From Gemmatimonadota bacterium (lineage in GTDB: Bacteria > Gemmatimonadota > Gemmatimonadetes > Palauibacterales > Palauibacteraceae): 64,000 nucleotides of DNA. The translations under genes were made by a program, and so were the position numbers. The notes under the pieces are model-generated. The model was not told the origin of the DNA. It saw only the letters and a program-made list of their open reading frames with translations, and made no database searches. Location: assembly GCA_963666735.1 (NCBI GenBank), contig OY762926.1, positions 3,552,001-3,616,000 of the forward strand, given 5' to 3'. This document shows positions 34,401 to 44,678 of the stretch, one piece after another; position 1 is the stretch's first letter; each line of letters opens with the position of its first letter.

Positions 34401-37400
34401 ATGAAACACAAGCCTGCGCAGCCGTCGGACCTCGGGCCGCTGATCCGCGAGGTCGAATCGCGCCTCCCGGACGCGCCCGGCGAAGCGGTCCGCAATCTCT
34501 CCCGCCGGATCTTCAGCCGCGGCTACACCCACATCGCGGATGGGCGTCCAATCCGCGCTCTGGCAGATGACGTCGCCGCGCTCTATCGCCTCGTCGCCGG
34601 CGCCGCCGACGGCGAAATCGCGATCCGGCTCGCCTGGGACGAGGACGATCCGTCTCGCGGCGTGCTTCAGACGGTGATGGAGGACCGGCCCTTCATCGTC
34701 GACACGCTGCGCGAGTATCTCCACTCCGCCGGAATCGATATTCCGCACCTTCTCCACCCGGTCGTCGTGGTCGACCGGGACGCCTCCGGCCGCGTGCTCG
34801 ACGTCCGCGACCACTCCGCCGACGGCACGCGCGTGTCGGTCGTCCACATCGTGCTCGACGACGCACACCACGCGGAGGTCCGCGAGACGCTGGAAGCCGA
34901 GGTGCGGCAGCGCCTCGAACTCGTCAGGGCCGTCACCGCGGACTTCTCCCCCATGATCGACCAGGTGGGGACGCTCGTCAGCGGACTCGAGGCCAAGCGG
35001 ATCGAGACGCCGTGGCGCAGCGCCGAATTCGAGGAGATCCAGGACCTCCTCCGGTGGCTCGTGGACCCCGGGTTCGTCTTCCTCGGCTATCGCGCCTACC
35101 ACATCGAGACGGACGACGCCGGCCGCGACTGGATTCGCGTCGACGAGGGAAGCGGGCTCGGGATCCTCCGGGACGACGGCAAATCGAAATACCACGAACC
35201 CCGGCCCCTGGACGAACTCCCCGCCTACCTCCGCGCCCGGGTGCTGGGCGGCCCTCTTCTCATCATCTCGAAGACCAACGCCCAGAGTCCGATTCGGCGC
35301 AACGTCCGCATGGACTACGTGGGCATCAAGCGTCTGCGCCCGGACGGGACGGTCTACGGCGAGCACCGGTTCCTCGGCCTGTTCACCGCGAAAGCGTTCT
35401 CGCAGGACGCCTCCTCCATCCCGATCCTGCGCCGCAAGCTGCGCGAGATCCTTCAGCTCGAAGCCGCGCCCCCGGGATCGCACGACTACAACGTCATCCT
35501 GGGGACGTTCAACTCGATGCCGAAGGAGGAACTGTTCCTCGCCTCGGTGGAGGAGATCCGCTCGGTTATCGACGCCGTAATGGCGACGGGAGGCGGCGAC
35601 GACGTGCGGGTCACGGCGCGTCCCGACCAGCTTGGCCGCGGGGTTCAACTCCTGGTCATTCTCCCCAAGACCCATTTCTCGGGGCAGGTGCGGAGGCGGC
35701 TGCAGGCGGCGCTGATCGAAGCTTACCGGGGGACGCTCCTCAACTATCACCTCGCGCTCGGCCAGGGCGACCAGGCGCGCCTCCACTTCTACCTGGCCCA
35801 CGACCCGGACGAGGTCGGGTCCGTCGACCTCGACGCCGTTCAAGCCGAGGTCCGCTCGATCGTCCGCACCTGGGAGGAGCGGCTCGAGGATGCGCTCGAT
35901 GCCGTCCACGGTCCCACGCGGGGCCACGAACTCGCAACGCATGTCGTGCGTTTCTCGACCGGCTACCAGGCGGCGATGGACATCGACACCGCGGTCGAGG
36001 ACGTGGCCTGTCTCGCGCGGCTGGCCGAGACGGGCGAGAGCCAGGTACTGCTCAAACGGTCCGCGGGAGAAGCGGACGAGCGGCACTATCAGCTGCGGCT
36101 GTACGCCCGGAAGGGTCACTACGTCCTCAGCGACGTGATCCCCACGCTCGAGAACCTGGGGCTCCGGGTGCTCGACTCGCTCCGCTTCACGATCCAGCTC
36201 AAGGACGAGACGCCCGGCGCCACGGAAGAGACGTTCGCGGCGCGCGTCCAGTCCTTCGAAGCCGAGGCGATGCGAGCCGGCGACATCGACATCGCGGCGG
36301 CGCAGGACAGGATCGGCGACATGCTGCGGGCCATCCGGGCGGGGCTCGCGGAAGATGACCGGCTGAACGAGCTCATCGTGACGGCCGGCCTGACATGGCA
36401 GGAGGTCTCGGTCCTCCGGGCCTACGCCGGCTACACGTTCCGCATCGGCGCCGTGGCCGCTCCCACGGGCGGCCAGTTTCCGCTCACGGCGTACCCCGGC
36501 ATCGCACGCTGCATCTTCCGGGCCTTCGAGGCGCGCTTCGATCCGGAGGCGCGGGAGGGGGCGGCCGACACGATGCGGCGTCTGAAGCGCGAGTTCACGC
36601 TCGCGCTGGCTTCGGTGCGCGGGATCGAGGACGACCGGACGCTGCGGCGGATGATGGAACTCGTCCACGCGACCGTGCGCACCAACCATTACCGGGACGA
36701 GTTGCGCCGGTCGCCTCTTCTCGCCCTCAAGATCTCGAGCCGCTCCGTCGACTTCATTCCGAAGCCGAAGCCGAAGCACGAGATCTATCTGCGCGGCCCT
36801 CGCACGGAGGCCGCCCACTTGCGCATGGACGACGTGGCGCGCGGCGGGATCCGGTGGAGCGACCGGTACGGTGATTTCCGGGTGGAAGTGCTCGGGCTCG
36901 TGAAGACGCAGAGGGTGAAGAACGCCGTCATCGTGCCCGGCGGCGCGAAGGGCGCCTTCATCGTGAAGGGCCTGCCGGAGGGTCGCGAGGCGCGGCTTGC
37001 GGCAGGGTTGGACAGCTACCGGGACTTCATTCGCGGGCTTCTGGAAGTCTCCGACGACGTCGTCGATGGCGAGGTGACGCAGCCCCGGGGGATGGTGATC
37101 CACGACGGACCCGATCCGTACCTCGTCGTCGCGGCGGACAAGGGGACGGCGAAGAACTCGGATACGGCCAATGAACTCGCGGCGGAAGCGGGCTTCTGGC
37201 TCGATGACGCCTTCGCTTCCGGCGGATCGCAGGGGTACGACCACAAGAAAGAGGGGATCACGGCCCGCGGTGCGTGGGAATGCGTGAAGCGCCACTTCCG
37301 GGAAGCGGACATCGACTACAAGAACGAGCCCTTCACGGCGGTCGGCATCGGGGATATGAGCGGCGACGTGTTCGGCAACGGGATGCTGCTCAGCAAGCAG

Positions 37401-39242
37401 ATCCAACTCGTCGCCGCCTTCGATCACCGCGACATCTTCCTCGATCCGAACCCGGACCCGAAGGCGTCGTGGGGGGAACGGAAACGGCTGTTCGACCTCC
37501 CGGCCTCGTCGTGGGCCGACTACGACACGGAGCTTCTGAGCGAGGGGGGTGGCGTCTACGACCGGACGGAGAAGCAGATTCCCCTCTCACCGCAGATCCG
37601 CGAGCGCCTCGCCATCGACCGCGAGGAGATGAACGGAAACGAGTTGATCCGCGCGATCCTGTCGGCACCGGTCGACCTCCTCTGGAACGGCGGCATCGGC
37701 ACGTACGTGAAGGCGAGTTCGGAACGCCACGCCGATGTGGGCGACCCGAGCGGCGATCCCACACGGGTCGATGCCACGGCCATTCGGGCGCGGGTCGTGG
37801 GGGAGGGCGGCAATCTCGGCTTCACGCAGCGCGCCCGGGTGGAGTACGCGCTTCGCGGAGGGAGCATCAACACCGATGCCGTGGACAACTCCGCCGGTGT
37901 CGACATGTCCGACCACGAGGTCAACCTCAAGATCCTGCTGGGCGCGCCACTGTCGCAGGGGCGGATCGACTACGAGGCGCGAAACGATCTGATGCGGGAG
38001 TGCACGGACGAGGTCGCGTGGAAGGTCCTCCGCAACACGTACAGCCAGAGCCTCGCGATCAGCCTCGACTACATCCGGGCGCGGCGCGCGCCCGCGGCAT
38101 TCCGCGAGGTGATCCAGCGCTTCGAGCGGGAAGGGATCCTGGATCCGGCCCTCGAATACCTGCCGGCCGGCGAGGATCTCATCGAACGGGAGAACACCGG
38201 GGCGCACCTCACGAGGCCGGAACTCGCGACGGTGATGGCCTACTCGAAGCTGCACCTCAAGCATGCGCTCACGGAATCCAGCGTGTCCCGCGATCCGGCC
38301 ATGATGGAACTCGTGGAGGACTACTTCCCATTCGGGGCGCTGAAGGAGGTCGAGACCTCGGACCTCGAGGAGCACCGGCTGCGCCCGAACATCTCGAGCA
38401 TGCTGCTGACGAACCGCTACGTGGACCGCATGGGCGCCACGAGCCATATCCGGCTCATGGAGGAGACCGGCCGCGCCGCCGCGACCGTCGCCCGCACCTG
38501 GTACGTGGCGTCAAGGATCGCGGACTCCGAGGACCTTTACGAGCGGCTGCGTGTCGCCGATGTCCGCATGCGGAGCGGGGCGCAGAACGAATGCTACCTT
38601 GCCATGGCCGACGCGCTGACGCGCGCGACGCGATGGCTCCTGCAGCGGACCGGCCCCACGCAGCCGATCAGCGAGGCGATCGAATGGCTGCACGGCCCCG
38701 TGCGGGCGGTCCGCGAGGCGCTGCCGGAACTGCTCACCGCGGAGCGGCTGGAACGTTTCGAGTCCACCTGCTCGCTGCACAAGATGGACGGACTCGACCC
38801 GGAGGGTGCGGCGCAACTCGCGACCTTCCGCTACGTGGACGAACTGCTGCCGATCGCCAGCCTCATCCGCGAAACGGGCGCCGGCACGCGCGACGTCGGC
38901 GCGGTGTACTTCGGTCTCGCCGAGGAAATCGACTTTCCGTGGCTGCGGAGCCGCGTCTATTCGCTGGCCTCGGACGACCCGTGGGACCAGAGAGCGGCGC
39001 GCATCCTCGTCACGCGACTCGAGCTGGCGCGTTCACGCATGGCGGCGCAGATCATCGCCCTCGCCGATGGGTCGACGACGGCAGACGCGGTGCGGTCCTT
39101 CCGGCGCCGGAACGCGGTGGGGTTGAGCCGAATCCGAAACGTGATCGCCGACGTCCGGAGCACCGGGGCGGAGCTCCCCGGGCTCGTCGTGGCCGTCGAT
39201 GCCGTCAACGATCCGGGGATCCTGGAACCCCCGGACCGCTGA
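34401..39242 (+). CDS. gdhB: Large NAD-specific glutamate dehydrogenase
   Basis: About 1610 aa; ARGGIRWSDR, KNAVIVPGGAKG, YLVVAADKGTA, DAFASGGS.GYDHKK, GDMSGDVFGNG, NTDAVDNSAGV. Confidence 0.95.
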   Translation: MKHKPAQPSDLGPLIREVESRLPDAPGEAVRNLSRRIFSRGYTHIADGRPIRALADDVAALYRLVAGAADGEIAIRLAWDEDDPSRGVLQTVMEDRPFIVDTLREYLHSAGIDIPHLLHPVVVVDRDASGRVLDVRDHSADGTRVSVVHIVLDDAHHAEVRETLEAEVRQRLELVRAVTADFSPMIDQVGTLVSGLEAKRIETPWRSAEFEEIQDLLRWLVDPGFVFLGYRAYHIETDDAGRDWIRVDEGSGLGILRDDGKSKYHEPRPLDELPAYLRARVLGGPLLIISKTNAQSPIRRNVRMDYVGIKRLRPDGTVYGEHRFLGLFTAKAFSQDASSIPILRRKLREILQLEAAPPGSHDYNVILGTFNSMPKEELFLASVEEIRSVIDAVMATGGGDDVRVTARPDQLGRGVQLLVILPKTHFSGQVRRRLQAALIEAYRGTLLNYHLALGQGDQARLHFYLAHDPDEVGSVDLDAVQAEVRSIVRTWEERLEDALDAVHGPTRGHELATHVVRFSTGYQAAMDIDTAVEDVACLARLAETGESQVLLKRSAGEADERHYQLRLYARKGHYVLSDVIPTLENLGLRVLDSLRFTIQLKDETPGATEETFAARVQSFEAEAMRAGDIDIAAAQDRIGDMLRAIRAGLAEDDRLNELIVTAGLTWQEVSVLRAYAGYTFRIGAVAAPTGGQFPLTAYPGIARCIFRAFEARFDPEAREGAADTMRRLKREFTLALASVRGIEDDRTLRRMMELVHATVRTNHYRDELRRSPLLALKISSRSVDFIPKPKPKHEIYLRGPRTEAAHLRMDDVARGGIRWSDRYGDFRVEVLGLVKTQRVKNAVIVPGGAKGAFIVKGLPEGREARLAAGLDSYRDFIRGLLEVSDDVVDGEVTQPRGMVIHDGPDPYLVVAADKGTAKNSDTANELAAEAGFWLDDAFASGGSQGYDHKKEGITARGAWECVKRHFREADIDYKNEPFTAVGIGDMSGDVFGNGMLLSKQIQLVAAFDHRDIFLDPNPDPKASWGERKRLFDLPASSWADYDTELLSEGGGVYDRTEKQIPLSPQIRERLAIDREEMNGNELIRAILSAPVDLLWNGGIGTYVKASSERHADVGDPSGDPTRVDATAIRARVVGEGGNLGFTQRARVEYALRGGSINTDAVDNSAGVDMSDHEVNLKILLGAPLSQGRIDYEARNDLMRECTDEVAWKVLRNTYSQSLAISLDYIRARRAPAAFREVIQRFEREGILDPALEYLPAGEDLIERENTGAHLTRPELATVMAYSKLHLKHALTESSVSRDPAMMELVEDYFPFGALKEVETSDLEEHRLRPNISSMLLTNRYVDRMGATSHIRLMEETGRAAATVARTWYVASRIADSEDLYERLRVADVRMRSGAQNECYLAMADALTRATRWLLQRTGPTQPISEAIEWLHGPVRAVREALPELLTAERLERFESTCSLHKMDGLDPEGAAQLATFRYVDELLPIASLIRETGAGTRDVGAVYFGLAEEIDFPWLRSRVYSLASDDPWDQRAARILVTRLELARSRMAAQIIALADGSTTADAVRSFRRRNAVGLSRIRNVIADVRSTGAELPGLVVAVDAVNDPGILEPPDR

Positions 39243-39273
39243 TCGGCTCAGGCTGCGGGAAGCCGGAAGCGGG

Positions 39274-40674
39274 CTAGTAGTTGACGTACTGTTCGAGTTC
39301 CCACTGGGAGACCGACGCCACGTAGTCGCTCCATTCCGCCTTCTTGCGGCTGATGAACTGCCCGGAGATGTGGTCTCCGAGCGCGTCCCTCATGACGTCG
39401 TTCGCCTCAAACTCCTCCACCGCCTCACCCAGGCTCGCCGGCAGCACCTCGAGCCCGATCCGCTCGCGCTCCTCGTCGGAAAGCTGCCACACGTTGGTGT
39501 CGAGCGGCGGACCGGGATCGATCCGGTTCTCGATGCCGTCGAGGCCGGCGGCGAGCTGGACGGCCAGCGCCAGATAGCCGTTGCACGACGGATCCGGCAT
39601 CCGGAACTCCGCCCTCGTCCCCAGGCCCCGCTGCTCCGGGATTCGGATCATCGGCGAGCGGTTCCGCTGCGACCACGCGATGGAAATCGGCGCCTCGTAC
39701 CCGGGCACGAGCCGCTTGTAGCTGTTCACGATCGGGTTGGTGACCGCGGCGATCGCCCGCGCGTGCTTCTTGAGCCCGCCGATGTAGTGGAGCATGACGT
39801 CGGACAGCTCGTAGTCCGCGTTCGCGTCGTGGAAGATGTTCTTCCCGCCCTTGAACAGCGACTGGTGCGTGTGCATGCCCGACCCGTTCGCGCCGAAGAT
39901 GGGCTTCGGCATGAACGTCGCGTGGAGTCCGTGCGCGCGCGCGACGTTGCGGACGACGAACTTGAAGGTCATGAGGTCGTCGGCCGTGCGCAGCGCCTCG
40001 CCGTACTTGTAGTCGATCTCGTGCTGGCCCTCGGCGACCTCGTGGTGCGCGGCCTCGATATCGAGCCCCATCGACTCCATGACGGTGACCATCTCGCGCC
40101 GCGCCCGCTCGGCGAGGTCCGACGGCGTGAGGTCGAAATACCCGCCCTCGTCGCCCGTGACGAAGTTGCAGCTCCCGTCCTCATTCGTCTTGAAGAGGAA
40201 GAACTCGGCCTCGACGGCGGCGTACATCGTGAAGCCCATCGACTCGGCCTTGGCGACGACGCGCTTGAGCGCCGCGCGCGGGCAACCCCCGAACGGCTTG
40301 TTGTAGGGGCGCCGCACGTCGCAGTACATCCGCGCCACGCGGGCGTCCGGATTCCCCCACGGGAAGATCCGGAACGTGTCCAGGTCCGGCCGGAGGAGCA
40401 TGTCGCTCTCCTCGATGCGGACGTAGCCCGCGATCGACGAGCCATCGAACATGACCTTGGCGTCGAATGCTTCCTCGAACTTGCTCGCCGGGACCTCGAC
40501 ATTCTTGGCGAAGCCGTTGATGTCGATGAAGATGAGACGAAGAAACCGGACGTTCAGCTCCTCGCAGAGCTTCAGGATCGCGTCTCGATCACCCGAGGCC
40601 ACGGTGCCCCCGTAGTCGTCGTATCGAACCTGCGAGGAGACTTCACTGGGTGCCGCGAAAACGGCGTCGGACAT
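39274..40674 (-). CDS. glnA: Glutamine synthetase type I
   Basis: FDGSSI.G..RIEESDM, HHEVAEGQHEI, TFMPKP..GANGSGMH, NSYKRLVPGYEAP, EFRMPDP. Confidence 0.95.
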   Translation of the reverse strand: MSDAVFAAPSEVSSQVRYDDYGGTVASGDRDAILKLCEELNVRFLRLIFIDINGFAKNVEVPASKFEEAFDAKVMFDGSSIAGYVRIEESDMLLRPDLDTFRIFPWGNPDARVARMYCDVRRPYNKPFGGCPRAALKRVVAKAESMGFTMYAAVEAEFFLFKTNEDGSCNFVTGDEGGYFDLTPSDLAERARREMVTVMESMGLDIEAAHHEVAEGQHEIDYKYGEALRTADDLMTFKFVVRNVARAHGLHATFMPKPIFGANGSGMHTHQSLFKGGKNIFHDANADYELSDVMLHYIGGLKKHARAIAAVTNPIVNSYKRLVPGYEAPISIAWSQRNRSPMIRIPEQRGLGTRAEFRMPDPSCNGYLALAVQLAAGLDGIENRIDPGPPLDTNVWQLSDEERERIGLEVLPASLGEAVEEFEANDVMRDALGDHISGQFISRKKAEWSDYVASVSQWELEQYVNY

Positions 40675-40829
40675 GGTGCGACCTCCGGGTCTCTGGAGCT
40701 TGTCGAAAAGGAGGGTTCGTACGTTCGGTTCCGCTTGGGCGGTCGGGCACGACCCGCAATGTCGCGGGGCAGTATCGGCAGGAAGTCCGCACTCGTCAAC
40801 CTCCGTGTCCAGCCCGCTCGGCCGCCTCC

Positions 40830-41537
40830 TCACGGCCAGCTCCACCGCCGTACCGAGGCGGGTCGGCGCGCGCACGCCACGGCGCCGGCGAAACCCTCTC
40901 CCGGGAGGACGTCCGTCAGCCACCACGACCGTCCATCCAGTTCCCCCCGGATCGTGTCGACGCGGTCGAGCGGACGCGAAAGTCCCAGTCCGGCGGCCTT
41001 GAGGATCGATTCCTTCCGGGCCCAGATCCGGAAGAACTCCGGCCGGGCCGCCTCCGTCTCCCAGTCGGACCGGAGGCGCCGCTCTTCAGGGGAGAGGTGG
41101 TCGCGGGCGAGGCCCCCCGGATAGCTGAGCGGCCGGATGCGTTCGATGTCGACGCCGATCTCGCCGAGTTGGCCCACGGCGCACAGTGCGAGTCCGCCCG
41201 AGTGGCTGAGATTGAAGAAGAACGGGGGAGCGTCCCCGTCCCCCCCTCGTGCCGACACCAGCCGGGGCTTTCCATGCTCTCCGTACGCCAGCGCCAACTC
41301 CCCGGGCGGGACGCGCAGGTACTCGGAGAGGAGACATCGCAGCGCGATGCGGGCGCGGCGGAACCGGGCGCGCGCCTTCGCGCTGACGAGCCGCTCGGCG
41401 CGGGCCCGCTCGTCCGGACTCAGGAGTTCGCCGCCGCCGCTCTCGCGGCGGGCCGAGAGGTCGATCCTCCAGACGTGAAGGTCGGGCCCCGGCAGCCCCG
41501 GAGGACGGGCGCCCGCAGGCCAGTCCCCGCTGCTCAG
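40830..41537 (-). CDS. Sfp-type 4'-phosphopantetheinyl transferase; probable CTG start
   Basis: HVWRIDL..LLSPDERARAERL...GEHGKP...FNLSHS...IGVDIE...FFRIWARKESILKAAG; conserved N-terminal part extends to a CTGA overlap with the upstream stop. Confidence 0.82.
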   Translation of the reverse strand: MSSGDWPAGARPPGLPGPDLHVWRIDLSARRESGGGELLSPDERARAERLVSAKARARFRRARIALRCLLSEYLRVPPGELALAYGEHGKPRLVSARGGDGDAPPFFFNLSHSGGLALCAVGQLGEIGVDIERIRPLSYPGGLARDHLSPEERRLRSDWETEAARPEFFRIWARKESILKAAGLGLSRPLDRVDTIRGELDGRSWWLTDVLPGEGFAGAVACARRPASVRRWSWP

Positions 41538-42553
41538 AGGGCGGCGTACCAGTCGAGCGTGGGCCGAAGGCCCTCGAGGAGCGTCCAGCGGGGTTCGTAT
41601 CCGAGCCGTTCCCGAGCCTTCGAGATGTCCGCGTAGGAATGCCGTACGTCACCGGCCCGGAAGCGCTCGTACACAGGTTCCGCGCTTCCCACGTCCGGCC
41701 GCTTCTCCGCGAGCCCCGACCGGATGAGGCCGAACAGTTCGTTCAGCGTCGTCGCATCGCCCGCGGCGACGTTGTAGACGCCGCGGGCCGTCTCCGCCCC
41801 CGCCGTGGCGGCGAGCAGGTTCGCCTGCACCACGTTGTCGATGTAGCAGTAGTCCCGGGTCGTCTTGCCGTCCCCGTAGATCTGGCACGGCTCTCCCGCG
41901 AGCAGCCGCCGGGTCCAGCGCGGTATGACGGCGGCGTATGGTCCGTTGGGAGCCTGCCTCCTGCCGAACACGTTGAAGTAACGGAGTCCGATAATCTCGA
42001 GGTTGTAGCCGCGGCGGTACATCTCGGCGTACAACTCGTTTACGCGCTTCGTGGCCGCGTAGGGCGAGGCCGGGTTCCCGATGCGGGCTTCCGCCTTCGG
42101 GAGGTGGGGCGAATCCCCGTACACCGAACTCGAAGAGGCGTAGACGAGGCGGGAGACGCCGGCATCGCGGGCCGCGTCGAGCACGTTGATGAACCCCGCG
42201 ACGTTGCGGGCATACGTCTCCTGCGGCTCCTTCACGGATCGGGGCACCGAACCCAGCGCGGCCTGGTGCAGCACGATGTCGACCTCGCGGCACGCCTCGG
42301 CCACGGCATCGGCATCGACGATGTCCCGCTCCACGAAACGGCACCGATCCGCGGGGGCGCCCGAGGCCGCCACGGCTTCGTCGATGTTGCCGCGGTGTCC
42401 GGTCGAGAGGTCGTCGAGCGCCACGACCTCCTGTCCCAGCGCCAGGAGCCGCTCGATGAGGTGGGATCCGATGAAGCCGGCGCCCCCCGTGACGAGCCAT
42501 CGGCGAGGGGCCGCCGCGAGTGCTTCGCAGGCGAGAGCATAGGCGGTTTTCAC
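41534..42553 (-). CDS. NAD-dependent UDP-GlcNAc 4-epimerase (WbpP/TviC-like)
   Basis: TGGAGFIG, HQAALGSVPRS, ASSSSVYGD, YAATK, RYFNVFG..Q.PNGPYAAVIP. Confidence 0.9.
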   Translation of the reverse strand: MKTAYALACEALAAAPRRWLVTGGAGFIGSHLIERLLALGQEVVALDDLSTGHRGNIDEAVAASGAPADRCRFVERDIVDADAVAEACREVDIVLHQAALGSVPRSVKEPQETYARNVAGFINVLDAARDAGVSRLVYASSSSVYGDSPHLPKAEARIGNPASPYAATKRVNELYAEMYRRGYNLEIIGLRYFNVFGRRQAPNGPYAAVIPRWTRRLLAGEPCQIYGDGKTTRDYCYIDNVVQANLLAATAGAETARGVYNVAAGDATTLNELFGLIRSGLAEKRPDVGSAEPVYERFRAGDVRHSYADISKARERLGYEPRWTLLEGLRPTLDWYAAL

Positions 42554-42729
42554 GCGCTACATGTTATGCTTGCGGCGGCGGACGACGGAACCCCTCGCGC
42601 CCCGCGTACTTGAAACCTGCCCCCGGTCGGGCGGAGTATGAGGGGGGACCGGCGGAGGGGGACCGGCGATGGGGACCGGCGGAAAGAACGCCGGTCGGGT
42701 TCGGGCGACCGCGGAGTCGGAAAGGCGCC

Positions 42730-43107
42730 ATGGCCGAAGAAGGAATGAACGAGATTCTGAGGAAGAAGATCTGGAGGAAGCTCCAGGCTCTCCCCGAGGA
42801 CAAGCAGTACGAGGTCGTCGATTTCATCGACTATCTCGCTTCGAGGTACGCCTCGCGGCCGGCCGCCGGAGCGGATCCGTTCCAGCACTTCGCCGAATCC
42901 GTCCACCGGGGGTTGCGCAGGACGCGGGCCTCGACGACCGCGGTCAAGGGAACGATGAAGGTGCTCGGCGCGGCCGACCGCGTGATCGACTCGTTCCGCG
43001 AAGCCGGGCGCGGATTCCTCGCCGAACTCGAAGCGGGCAACCCGGAACCGGAGCCCACCGAGGATCGTCCTCCGCCCGAGACGCGCGAGATCGTGGTCGA
43101 CCCGTAG
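42730..43107 (+). CDS. Hypothetical protein (DUF2281-like N-terminus)
   Basis: KLQALPEDKQYEVVDFIDYL motif; typical codon usage. Confidence 0.6.
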   Translation: MAEEGMNEILRKKIWRKLQALPEDKQYEVVDFIDYLASRYASRPAAGADPFQHFAESVHRGLRRTRASTTAVKGTMKVLGAADRVIDSFREAGRGFLAELEAGNPEPEPTEDRPPPETREIVVDP

Positions 43108-43193
43108 CATCGACGACGACGCACGCGATCGTCGCGGCGGTCGAACGGCGGTCCGCTCGTTGACGTCGCGCGGGCCGTCGCCTACGATGGCGC

Positions 43194-44660
43194 ATGGAAG
43201 CCCCCATGCCCCGCTCCAGCCGCGAAGCGCTCACCTTCGACGACGTTCTGCTCGCTCCCGGGCACGCGCTCGTCCATCCGGCGGATGTCGACGTCTCCAC
43301 CCGCCTGACCTCGCGCATCCGACTCCAGATTCCGCTGCTCTCCGCCGCCATGGACACGGTGACGGAGTACCGCATGGCCATCGCGCTCGCGCGCGAGGGC
43401 GGGATCGGCATCATCCACAGGAACATGTCGGTCGAAGCCCAGGCCCAGCAGGTCGACCGGGTGAAACGGTCCGAGAGCGGGATGATTCTGGACCCCATCA
43501 CGCTCGGCCCCGACGCCACGCTGGGCGAGGCCCGCCGGCGAATGAGGGAGTTTTCGATCAGCGGGGTCCCGATCGTGGACGAGGGCGGGGCGCTCGTCGG
43601 GATTCTGACCAACCGGGACCTGGTGTTCGAGACCGACCTCTCGCGGCCGGTGCGGGACGTGATGACGAGCGAGAAGCTCGTTACGGTGCCGACCGGGACT
43701 TCGCTAGAGGAGGCCGAGGAGATTCTCCGCCGTCACAAGATCGAGAAACTCCCCGTGGTGGGAGAGGACGGGCGGCTCGCCGGGCTCATCACGGTCAAGG
43801 ACATCTTCAAGCGCCGGCAGTTTCCCAACGCGACGAAGGATGGCCACGGACGGCTGCGGGTAGGGGCCGCCGTGGGGGCGAGCCGGACCGACCTCGAGCG
43901 GGCGCGGGAACTCGCCGCGGCCGGAGTGGACGTCATCGTCGTCGACAGCGCGCACGGACACTCCGAGGGCGTCCTCCAGGCCGTCGCCCGGGTCCGGGAG
44001 GCGCTCCCCGACCTCGACCTCATTGCCGGCAACGTCGCGACCCGCGAGGGGGCGGCGTCGCTCGTCGAGCGGGGCGTGGACGCGGTCAAGGTCGGTGTGG
44101 GGCCGGGATCCATCTGCACGACGCGCGTCGTCACGGGCGTCGGCGTGCCTCAGGTCACCGCGATCGAGGACAGCGTGGCGGGGGCGGAGGGCCGGGTGCC
44201 CGTGATCGGTGACGGCGGAATCAAGTATTCCGGCGATCTCGTGAAGGCGATCGCGGCGGGAGCGGAGACGTGCATGCTCGGCTCCATGTTCGCGGGCACC
44301 GACGAGAGCCCCGGCGAAGCCTTCCTCCTCGAGGGCCGGCGCTTCAAGGTGATCCGCGGCATGGGTTCGCTTGCGGCCATGCAGGCCGGCTCGGCGGACC
44401 GGTACTTCCAGGAGGGGTCGGCCGCCCGGAAACTGGTCCCCGAGGGGATCGAAGGCCGGGTGCCCTACAAGGGGCCGGTGTCGGACACCGTGTTCCAGAT
44501 GGTCGGCGGTCTTCGAAGCGGCATGGGGTACTGCGGCGTCGCCGCCGTCGACGAACTCCGCCGCGATGCCCGCTTCCTCCGCATCACTCCCGGCGGACTT
44601 CGCGAGTCCCATCCGCACGATGTCGTGATCACGCGCGAGGCCCCCAACTACCACGTCTAG
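43194..44660 (+). CDS. guaB: IMP dehydrogenase
   Basis: [21 protein letters not shown] pair, [25 protein letters not shown]. Confidence 0.97.
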   Translation: MEAPMPRSSREALTFDDVLLAPGHALVHPADVDVSTRLTSRIRLQIPLLSAAMDTVTEYRMAIALAREGGIGIIHRNMSVEAQAQQVDRVKRSESGMILDPITLGPDATLGEARRRMREFSISGVPIVDEGGALVGILTNRDLVFETDLSRPVRDVMTSEKLVTVPTGTSLEEAEEILRRHKIEKLPVVGEDGRLAGLITVKDIFKRRQFPNATKDGHGRLRVGAAVGASRTDLERARELAAAGVDVIVVDSAHGHSEGVLQAVARVREALPDLDLIAGNVATREGAASLVERGVDAVKVGVGPGSICTTRVVTGVGVPQVTAIEDSVAGAEGRVPVIGDGGIKYSGDLVKAIAAGAETCMLGSMFAGTDESPGEAFLLEGRRFKVIRGMGSLAAMQAGSADRYFQEGSAARKLVPEGIEGRVPYKGPVSDTVFQMVGGLRSGMGYCGVAAVDELRRDARFLRITPGGLRESHPHDVVITREAPNYHV

Positions 44661-44678
44661 CCGAGGATTAGCCGCCTG

